Positions 1-9,875 of a stretch of 64,000 nt of DNA are shown here, piece after piece; the stretch's first letter is position 1, and every line of letters starts with the position of its first letter. Below the pieces are notes generated by a model. The model was not told the origin of the DNA, did not search any database, and saw only the letters and a list, made by a program, of their open reading frames with translations. The position numbers and the translations under genes are program-made. This DNA is from Nageia nagi (Eukaryota > Plantae > Pinophyta), in contig JBITNC010000001.1 in the NCBI GenBank assembly GCA_050084985.1, forward strand, positions 80,724,001 through 80,788,000, given 5' to 3'.

Positions 1-859
1 TGCAATAAGAATGAAAATTTTTACAATTTACCATCTATATAAATCAAACATAAGTAAACATGTTCCACATGTGCAAACTTATAAACCAAGATCCGTAGAA
101 GGATAAAGTTGAGGTTGTTTTCTTGTATAGAATTAGGCCTTCACCTGGATGCCCGCAAGGTGGAGCCTAGGTACTACCAGTCCTCAACCAATTCACCTTG
201 GTCAGTAATATACTCTCACAAGGAGAAGTACCAACCATTTTCCAAGGATCCGATATATCTTGGACTGGCCATTTTAATTATCTTTTTAAGGTTTTCAGTT
301 TTCCTCCTAGGTTATCAGGATAATCCCTGAATGGACGTGCGGACATGTGGTATCACTACACACATGCCTGTCCACCTAATAGAGTTATGTCCAATCCAAC
401 AGAGGTCTTAGGGGCAATTAAGATGGACTTACCACCACTTGGTTCTTCGGACTAAAAAGGCTCCAATCTGCCCTGTCCTCACCTCGTGGCTCCCCAAACA
501 AGTCATGTTGTGGAAAAGTACGTGCGGATGTGTTCATTTTAGGGGTTACTTTCAATATTTTGCATTTTTGCAAGTATAAAGCAATTGTGCAAAAATATAA
601 AGTAAAGTAAAAATACATCATCCACACGAACTTGAAACCTTAAGAGTCCAATGGGTTTTATACTAACCCCTAAAGGACATTTTACATTTTGTATACTTTG
701 CTCAAGTTTCATAAATTCATTCAAATACTTTTATGAATTTAAAAAAAAGGCTAAGTCCTACTTAGCATTAATCCATAACTTAAGCATGTATTATTCCATG
801 ACTTAAAATTAAGTAATAAACATGCATCATGCATTATTTAACTTAAAATTTGAAGTACT

Positions 860-1000
860 AAGCATGCTTTATTCCTAACAAGGTTAAGAGGCATGCATTA
901 TAAATTTAGCATGCAAGATCCATGCAAGATCTAGATAAGCATGCTTTATTCCTAACAAGGTTAAGAGGCATGCATTATAAATTTAGCATGCAAGATCTAG
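860..1000. repeat. Tandem duplication (~60 bp core, 2 copies) in copy B leader
   Basis: aagcatgctttattcctaacaaggttaagaggcatgcattataaatttagcatgcaagatc occurs twice. Confidence 0.85.
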
Positions 1001-1329
1001 AAAAAGATTTAAGTAAAAAATTATACAAATTCCCCCCTTTTTTACTTAAAGTTCTAAAACTTGGATGCTAAAAAAATGTCTGTTAAGTATGGTTCCTCCC
1101 GCCTTTTCACTTAATGTGTTATCTCTAAAAAACTTGTAAGCAAAATTGGTCTTTGAAGTATGCATTTTAAGTAAAAATGTCATTGGTTTACATAAAAATA
1201 GCATAGGGTTTTAGGAAATATGAAATACTTAAAAAAGGACTTAGGTAAAATCCTTTAAATGGTTAATTTAGACCTAGACATAAAAAATTAAATCCCTTTG
1301 TAGTGGGTAAAAAAAATTAAAGACTCAAC

Positions 1330-2110
1330 AACTTATGTTTGAAAAATATGGAAAGGTGGCCATGTGTAAGCCGTGTGGAGGTTGAGAGGCTGGGCAGAGG
1401 TGGCAGGGGAGACCAAAGTGAGTAGAAGGGAGGTGAAGGTGGCAGGAGGAGTCCACGGAGGGCGGTGGAGGCGGTAAGGTGCATCAGGCAGCCAGATAAC
1501 TGTTGACCATCCCAACCGATGATAGGGAGAATAGTGTGTATGTGTCGTTACCGTAAGCAAAATGTGCATTGCATGCTTCAACCACCCATTGAGACAGATC
1601 AACATTTAAGGAGAAATCAATCAACGTTGCATTCATCCATCTACTACCAATGGGTTTAAGAGTGGCACAAGTCGTAGCAAAGGCACCTAGGAGGAGGCAT
1701 CTCATCAAACCATTCGCAGACCCTTGCAACGTATCCGATTTGTGCATTCGACGTATTCGAGCTGGCGAGGGAGGAGGCTGCGAGGGAGGCATTCGAGGCA
1801 TATCCTACGATCATGGCAGTCCATGAAATTCTATCTGCATCATGCATGACCCTTACAACATTCCGTTTATGTATATCCTGTGATCATTGCAGTCCATGAA
1901 ACTCTATCTGCATCATGCATCATGTCAAACAATTCGCGTGCCTTCCTTTTGCATCCGCATTTTGCATACAGGGACGTGGACGACATGTTGGCAAGGCATG
2001 TTGGCAAACAGTTCGCATGCTTTCCCTACGCTTCCGCCATGGACGTGGACTGCAAGTCGGCGAGGCGTTTTATCAAACAGTTCGCAGACCGTTTTGTTAT
2101 TTGACCCCCC
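1330..2110 (-). other. GC/CpG-rich cargo cassette of copy B made of PLS-class PPR gene snippets
   Basis: Minus-strand translations: VCELFDKTPRR, GSVGKACELFANMPCQHVV, YAKCGCKRKARELFDMMHDADRVSWTAMITGYT, MHDADRISWTAMIVGYA, AQIGYVARVCEWFDEMP. Confidence 0.85.
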
Positions 2111-2869
2111 CTAAATTTTAATATATAATAAAAATAATTGTTTTTATATATAAAAATTTAGGATAACTAGATGGTTTTATTTATGTATAAATTGATAATG
2201 TAAAAAAAATCCTTATTTGATTGGTTTTAAATACCTTTTCCCCTTTTTAAGTTATGAAATAGCTAGGATGAGAGATGTAATTAAGAAAAATAATTGTAAA
2301 ATCATTTTGTATGGCTCTCATCATATAGATATTAAAGAAAATACACCCTTTTTAATAAATGGCTTACAATATGTTATTTCTATATACTAACCTCTTAAAC
2401 ATGTTTACTAGAGGATAGTAAAAAAAATTACCCATATTGTGCAAATAACAAAAAAAGTTAACACATAGTTCAAAATGTGTTAGTGTCATAAGAACAAATC
2501 AAGTTTAACTATAACATATTATTGCCATTTGGATCATATAAAGACCTCTTAATACCAAAGGAATAAAAGGTATGTAAAAGAAAAAATAATAGCAATATTG
2601 CAACTAATTAAAAAAAGGTTAGTATACAAATTGCAAATTTTGCATAATGTATTATTGCCCAATCACTTAACATAAAAGATGGTTAGTAGAACAAACAAAA
2701 TGAGCAATAATATATTATGTTATTGAGGCAATGTTTGCTAAGAGTTGAACTAACATAATCATAAAAGAATGTTAGTATCAAAATGAAATAATTCATAAGA
2801 TAACCAAAGGAGGAGGAAATTTATACCTTCTCTTGGAATTTACCTCACCAAGACCTTAAAATTGAAGGA

Positions 2870-2970
2870 ATAAGAGCTTCCACACCAAAAAGAGCTTCCA
2901 CACCAAGAAGAAGAGCTTCCACACCAAGAAGAAGAGCTTCCACACCAAGAAGAAGAGCTTCCACACCAAG
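2870..2970. repeat. 18-21 bp tandem repeat adjacent to the PBS
   Basis: (gaagaagagcttccacaccaa)n, about 5 copies here, 1 at ~7540, about 4 at 30228-30302. Confidence 0.9.
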
Positions 2971-2981
2971 CTCTGATACCA
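2970..2981 (-). promoter_or_regulatory. Primer binding site (tRNA-iMet) of copy B
   Basis: Minus strand reads TGGTATCAGAGC 2 nt after the LTR-terminal CA. Confidence 0.93.
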
Positions 2982-2983
2982 AT

Positions 2984-3441
2984 TGAAGGATTTAGATCTA
3001 CTCTAATCCTCAAGGTCCAAGACTAGGAAACTCAATCATTCAACATAACACAAATATAATGTGGTTCCTCCCTCCTTGGGAGTACATCCACAACTAGTTC
3101 TCTATTCTCAATCTATGCACCTCTTACAACAATTCTCTTCCTCTCCTACACAACTTAGTAGAGTAATCTTACTCCAAAAACTTAGTTATGTTACAAGAGG
3201 AGAGGCCCTCTATTTATAGCTTGAGAGCACCTCCCTAACCTCCCTTTAACCCAAGGGTAAGGTTAGGGTTACAATAAATGTATCACCTAACTTTAACCTA
3301 CCAACTAACCACATGGTAAAGTCAAAGTCTACATAATAAAGAATTCAATTAATCCCTTAAGGTATCTACATATCCTTTAAGTGATTAATTGAATTTACAA
3401 GGAGTTTAGATATTCACAATATTTCATTACAAATTCTAACA
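2984..3441 (-). repeat. 5' LTR of copy B (458 bp)
   Basis: TG...CA termini; TATA-like ctataaatag on minus strand; homologous to 7574-8064, 23215-23703, 30317-30805. Confidence 0.93.
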
Positions 3442-4576
3442 TAAAAGACATTATCAAGAACCTTTCCATGAATCTTTACACTCCCTATTCCTTGAACATC
3501 AAGGACTGAATTATCACCTATCACAACTGCATCCTTCTTGTACTTATGAAAGTTTTCAAACTTATCCTTTTCATAACACATGTGATTAGTGCATCCTAAA
3601 TCAACAATCCAATTATTTGAAATAGTTTGAGTCACTGAGTAGTAGACAACAGTAGCAGCATGCTTGTTCTTCTTTTTATTATTGAAATTTTTCATATTTG
3701 CATTTCCCTTGCCTTTTTTAGCAAATTTCTTTTTACGACAATCATACTCTTTGTGACCAGAGATGCCACAAAAGTTACAATTTCCATAAAACTTTTCCTT
3801 ACGTGTTGGATTGCTTGATCCAGCTTTGTCATCCTTTGCATGAAGTTGCCATTATTGTTGCCCTTTTTCTCATACTTCCTGAAGGTAGATGAGGATTTGT
3901 TATCTTTGAATTTATAATGTTTGAACTTCTTCTTGAAAGGAGTTTTGGTTGCTCCTAGAGCAATGTTATTATCCTTTGGAGAAAAGTTCAACATTTTCTT
4001 ATTCAAAGTTTCCTCATGCTTCAGAAGGAGTCTAGAAAGGTTATCAAGAGAGATGACATCTTCTTCATCATTGAGTCTAGTTTCCATAACCATGACAAAG
4101 TTACTGAATTTTGTAGTAAGGCTTTGAAGAATGATGAAGACCATGAACTCATCATTGATCCAGTTGCACCCACGGCCAACCAGTTGTGTCCTGAGGTCAA
4201 TGATTTTGGTCAAGTAAATAGAAGCACTTTCATCTTCACCTTGACGATATTGCAACAACTTTTGTAAAATGGTGAACCTCCTTGAAAATTTTGACCCAAG
4301 GTAAATTTTCTTCAGCCTATCCCAAGCTTCCTTTGCTGATGTTGAAGAAGAGATCATGAGAAGTACATCATCTGAAACTGCACAATAAATCATTGAAGTT
4401 GCTAACTCATTCTTTAAGTTGTATATTTCAAGAGCCTTCTCATCTGTAGGAGCGACCAAGTCTTCATTAACTGCCTGCCATAGCTTCCTTGCTTGTAACT
4501 CAACTTTCATATGAGGTTCCCATATGCCGAAGTTGGAACCATCGAGTATATGCTTGGGTATGAAGGTTTCAACCAT
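3442..4576 (-). pseudogene. gag: Copia gag-protease, frameshifted and truncated by nested insertion
   Basis: MVETFIPKHILDGSNFGIWEPHMKVELQARKLW (copia gag N-terminus); frameshifts near 3830 and 3695; protease motif WIVDLGCTNHM; cut at VLDNVFY by the copy B LTR. Confidence 0.9.
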
Positions 4577-6209
4577 TGCTACACAAAAGTAAATAAGCAA
4601 GAAGAATGAATAAATTTCTACAATTTACCATATATAAAAATCAAACATTGATAAGTAAACATGTCCCACATGTGCAAACTTATAATCCAAGATCCGTAGA
4701 AGGATAAAGTTGAGGTTGTTTTCTTGTATAGAATTAGGCCTTCACCTGGATGCCCACAGAGTGGAGCCCAAGTACTACCAATCCTCAACTAGTTCACCTT
4801 GGTCAGTAATATACTCTCTCAAGGAGAAGTACCAACTATTTTCCAAGGATCCGACGTATCTTGGACCGGCCATTTTAATTATCTTGTTTAAGGGTTTCAA
4901 TTTTTCCTCCTAGGTTATCAGGATAATCCCTAAATGGATGTGCGGACATGTGGTATCACTACATACATGCCTATCCACCTAATAGAGTTATGTCCAATCC
5001 AACAGCGATCTTAGGGGCAATTAAGACAGATTTACCACCACTTGGTTCTTCGGACTAAAAAGGCTCCAATCTGCCCTGTCCTCACCTCGTGGCTCCCCAA
5101 ACAAGTCATGTTGTGGAAAAGTACGTGCGGATGTGTTCATTTTAGGGGTTACTTTCAATATTTTGCATTTTTGCAAGTATAAAGCAATTATGCAAAAATA
5201 TAAAGTAAAGTATTAAAATACATCATCCACAAGAACTTGAAACCTTAAGAGTCCAATGGGTTTTGTTCTAACCCCTAAAGGACATTTTTACATTTTGCAT
5301 ACTTTGCTCAAGTTCATAAATTCATTCAACACTTTAATGAATTTAAAAAGGCTAAGTCCTACTTAGCATTAATCCATAACTTAAAAAATTAAGTAATAAA
5401 CATACTTTATTCCATAACTTAAAAATTAAGTAATAAACATGCATCATTTATCTTATTAAAAATGCATTATTTAACTTAAAAATTTTAAGTACTAAGCATG
5501 CTTTATTCCTACACAAGATTAAAAGGCATGCATTACAAATTTAGCATGCAAGATCTAGATAAAGTTTTAAGTAAAAAACTATACAAATTCCCCCTTTTTT
5601 ACTTAAAGTTTTATCCCTAAAACTTGTATGCTAAAAAAAATATCTTTTAAGTATGCATTTATATTTTAAGTAAAAAATTTCCCTTGTTTACTTAAAAAAT
5701 AACATACTTAGATTACCTTAGCAAAAATTTTTACTAAAAAAGTTTTGCCTAAGTAAATTACCATACTTAGAGAAAAAAATTATACTCCAAAATATCCTCC
5801 ATGTACCACATTTTTCTAAAAAAAATTGGAATTGCATTGAAGAGTAATGATGTATCTACTTACTTTAAAGTATTATAGTCAATGCTTAAAGTTGGAGTAT
5901 AAGTACTTCTAAGTGTATTTAATAGGAACAAATGACTTGTAAGCAAAAAATATTAAATGCCTACCAAAAAGTATACGTTTGCTTCTAGAGAGCTTGCAAG
6001 TATTAATGAAAAAGAAAATGAGACCTATGCATAGTTAATGCAACTTTTACCAAAGCATTCCAAAAAAGTAAAAAAAAATGAATGTTTGTAATTAAAAAAA
6101 TGACCCCCCCTTTTTCTTCTACCAAGAAGAGCATATGTTGCTTTTGGAAGTGCATTTAAAGAAGGTGAAAAGTAGTCAACAAAAATTAAATGCACAAAGG
6201 AAAAAAAAG

Positions 6210-7040
6210 AAAAACTAACGACAGCTCTAATTCAACCAGATCAATTCACCTTTCCAGCGTGCGACTGGGGAAAGCGAATGGCAGCAAAAAAAAACTTATG
6301 GCCCGAGGAGGAGGAGACATTTAGGGGCTGTAGAGGCTGTGCTCAATTCACTCTCTGTTTGGATGATTTTTGCTTCAGACTTGTGCTGGATAGTTTCTCA
6401 GGAAGCAAACATAATTTCTTCTACTACAATGACAGGCTAGGCATATGCGAGCAGCGTGTGAGAGGGAGAGGAGGGCAGCGTGAGGTCGAAGCACGCTATG
6501 TACATTTTTCAGAAGTTCATCGGGTGGGAATATTTAGACTTCTCCGTTCCTTACAAATGAAACTAAGATTTGTTAGATTTCACACAATGGCCGTGAGTTT
6601 TCCACAGTGGTTGGGATTGCTGGTGCTCTTAGCTATCGGGGTCTGAACGCAGGAAGTCGATAAATAATACATTGATAATAGTTTTGGGGTGCATTCGGTG
6701 TAGATAAAGGGAGTGTGCCACTGGGAAGATCTCATATGAGACTTATTTAGAGAAAATGGTGGAGTTAGGTCGAGGGCGTTGGAAGGGGGCGCTTACTCGC
6801 AGTAAACAGTAGCAATGAAGCGCGACAAGAGATCGAAACGGCCCGGGTTCGATTTCTCCTGGATCTCCATATGCTTCGTAGTGATGCTGGTAATAGTATT
6901 CATGAGCATTCTGTTGCTCCGCCTATGCGGTCATTCGACCATTGCAGTCCATAAGACTGCATTTCAATGAGGCATTCTTCTCAAATAATTCGTAGACCCT
7001 TTCAACGTATCCGTCTTGTGCATATCATTCGACCAATTAG
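6210..7040. other. GC-rich cargo cassette of copy A: host-gene-like snippets in both orientations, including a PPR snippet
   Basis: Minus ~6930-7035 translates (with frameshift) as YAQDGYVERVYELFEK...NAVLWTAMVE; plus strand has signal-peptide-like MAVSFPQWLGLLVLLAIGV (6587) and membrane-anchor-like MKRDKRSKRPGFDFSWISICFVVMLVIVFMSILLLRL (6815). Confidence 0.7.
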
Positions 7041-7573
7041 TACTTTCTCTTTTTTTTGATGGATTTTTTTAAATTGTAAATAAATAATTTTATTTTCGAA
7101 TACAAAATCAATGTTTGTAAAAAGCATATGATTATAACAAGGCTCCTTAAAAAAAATGACAAGAAATTTACTTCCCTTCCTCCTCTTTTTTTTATCAAGC
7201 AAAAAAAATGATCTTATATCTTATAAAACTTTATAAGATTCAAAAAAAATCTCTTCATAAAAGATATATATATATATTAAAAAAAAATGCAATTGTTGAA
7301 TGTTATCCTCTTAAAAAAAAGCTCACATAAGAGGTTTAAAAAAAAATTGCATTATATGGCTATTATGACCATAAATAAAGGGTTAACATATTTTAAAAAA
7401 AAATGTTAGTATTCTAATGAATATAATCCCCTCTTTAAAAAAAATGAGATTATACCTTCTCAAATTTTACCTCACAAGGTTGTAGGTGAAAGAAGAATAT
7501 TCCCAAGTTGAAGAAGGATGAAGAACCTCCAAGATGTAGAAGAAGAGCTTCCACACCAAACTCTGATACCAAT

Positions 7574-8064
7574 TGAAGGAATTAGATCTACACTAATCCT
7601 CAAGGTCCAAGACTACAGGAAACTCAATCATTCAACATCTACAAGCTAATAACACCATTCACACAAGATAACACCAATATAATGTGGTTCCTCCCTCCTT
7701 GGGAGTACATCCACAACTAGATCTCAATTCTCAATCTATGCACCCTCTTACAATAATTCCTTTCTCTCCTACACAAACTAGTAGAGTAATCTTACTCCAA
7801 AAACTTAGTTGTTTTACAAGAGGAGAGGCCCTCTATTTATAGCATGAAAGCACCTCCCTAACCTCCCTTTAACCCAAGGGTAAGGTTAGGGCTACAATAA
7901 ATACATTACCTAACTTTAACCTACCAACTAACCACTTGGTAAGGTCAAAGTTTACATAATAAAGAATTCAATTAATCCCTTAAGGTATCTAAATATCCTT
8001 TAAGTGATTAATTGAATTTACAAGGAGTTTAGATATTCACAATATTTCATTACAAATTCTAACA
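7574..8064 (-). repeat. 5' LTR of copy A (491 bp)
   Basis: TG...CA; PBS actctgatacca at 7560-7571. Confidence 0.93.
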
Positions 8065-8313
8065 GTAATGCCAATTACATTCATTAAGATAAGAAATATA
8101 CAATGGATTACTTAAGGAGACTAATATTGCATTTATAATAAATATTTGCCTTGGTATTTTAATTATAATAATTATTTAGCATCGTTAAGTGGCTCACACA
8201 TTTAATAAATAAAAATAATAAATATTGACTTATAAAGTCTACCGTCCCATGTTGGAGAGCCTGCAAGTGGGTAAAAATATATAAAAATCCCTTAAATAAT
8301 GCCTAATTTACTA
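8065..8313 (-). repeat. Degenerate gypsy-type LTR fragment, the target of copy A
   Basis: gactaatattgcattta...gccttggtattttaatta and, after the LINE, aaaaatactcctaaa (~9920) resemble the LTR segments at 35150-35410 and 40530-40790. Confidence 0.55.
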
Positions 8314-9875
8314 GCAAGATGGAGGACATGTGCAAAGCACACATGAAATATTCTAATGGGGTCAAATCCTTAGGGCTACATCATGCAAAGGATAATGGTA
8401 TCTTGGATCTGCGAAGTCAAGAACTAGATGATGTGAATCCAAGTGCAAGGAAGGTCTAGAAGCCCCACCATAAAGCCCAAAAGAGTGTTTGTAATGATTT
8501 CCACAATTTCCCTTAGTTTTTTAATGTCCTAGCATCTTTTTAGATTAAGGATGATGAGGTTGGAATGTATATTTAGAAGCTGGAGGCTTATGTGATAGTC
8601 TGTAAGGTTAGTAGCAATCGCCCATTATTGAAACATTTAAAGTATTATGCAAAATGATGCTGGAAGGATATGGGGAAGTTTCACATCACACTTTTAACCT
8701 GAAATTTCTTTGTGGTAGTATTTCAAAATATGGCAGATAGAGACACAATGCTAGCCCATAAGGATACCTAGTTCTTTGAATTGAGAGGGGTTTATGTTCA
8801 ATAATGGAAAAAATATTTTAACCCCCTCATCAAAAATATAGCCAACTTCCCTTTTTTAGTAAACCTATATGCATTACCTATGGAATTTTGGAATTGCAAG
8901 GCTATTATAAAGATTGCTAATCCAATTGGAAGATTCCAAGTTGTAGATATGATTACAACAAAAAATATTGAGGAGAAGATAGATATGCAAAATGTAAGGT
9001 TTATTGTCTGGATGAATACTTCAATTCCTTGGTTGAAATCAATTACCCTCTCCTTAATCTAGAAAACATGGACTCAAAATATCGAGTATTAGTATTTTAT
9101 GCTCAAATGTTATGGTTGCTATAAAAATGGGCATCAGATTAAAAATTGCACAACTCATCATTCAAGCACTTCTCCAACAAAGGCTCAGATCCCACTTTTC
9201 ATCTCTAAGAAGAAAGATAAACATCAACAACCTTTGGTCAATGAGGATGATACTTATAAGACTAAAAAATCATCTTATGAATGGATTGAATACTATAAAT
9301 TCTATGGTAAGAAATCAATTCCTTTAAATTGAAACATGGATCTAAAAACGATATTATTATACTAATGTGGTATGCTATGAAAAATCCAATAAAAATTGAC
9401 ACATGCTCTTTATAGCACTCTATTGAAATAACCATGAAGCCACATTTCACTCTAAAAGGATAAGAATAAACATCAACTTTGGTATACTAGATGAACTTAA
9501 AGTCTAAAATGATTGATCTTATGTAAAGAGAGATTTCGATTACCATGAGCATAAAATGACTATGATTTAAAGATGCATTTGAAGATAATGCAAGAGGTGG
9601 TCTAATTTGAATCAATCAGACCACATAGGAACTAAAAAAAGCATAATGTAGAGCTTTAGATACAATTTGGATGTGTGATGGTTGGCTATTCTACTTAAGG
9701 CAGCATTAATTAAGTATTTCATCAGATTAAAAGTTTAGTCTTGTGTCTTACGAGTAAGTTTCTAATTTATTGTGAATAGATGATTCACATGTACGGTATT
9801 GAAAATCTGTGTATAAACATGTTTTGGGAGTCCTATATAAAGAATCCCTTTATTCAATTTATCCTTATAAAAAAA
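8314..9875 (+). mobile_element. Degenerate L1-type LINE derivative, ORF1 only, with poly(A)
   Basis: ORF1-like LPMEFWNCKAIIKIANPIGRF..VRFIV and zinc knuckle CYGCYKNGHQIKNC; ends ccttataaaaaaa; TSD aatgcctaatttacta 8298-8313 / aatacttaatttacta 9874-9889. Confidence 0.7.

Larger units (their letters stand above)
1..3441 (-). mobile_element. Ty1/copia LTR retrotransposon copy B (5' LTR, PBS and leader; continues beyond window start), inserted in copy A
   Basis: LTR 2984-3441 (TG...CA); PBS gctctgatacca 2970-2981; leader 1-700 nearly identical to 4600-5300 and 27225-27900. Confidence 0.92.
3442..8064 (-). mobile_element. Ty1/copia copy A (5' LTR, PBS, ~3-kb leader, gag-protease interrupted by copy B)
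   Basis: LTR 7574-8064; PBS 7560-7571; gag ORF highly similar to copy C gag. Confidence 0.92.

Noticed and set aside
109-330. Thrice-repeated plus-strand ORF MRLFSCIELGLHLDA (also 4710 and 27336)
   Set aside because: Starts at TTG, is antisense within a conserved leader block, and C-termini differ by frameshifts; a by-product of nucleotide conservation.
290-330. Hammerhead ribozyme (minus-strand ctgataa...gaaa)
   Set aside because: Core differs from CUGANGA and stems I-III could not be built.
1656-2100. Functional PPR gene
   Set aside because: Only short out-of-frame snippets with stops inside a TE leader.
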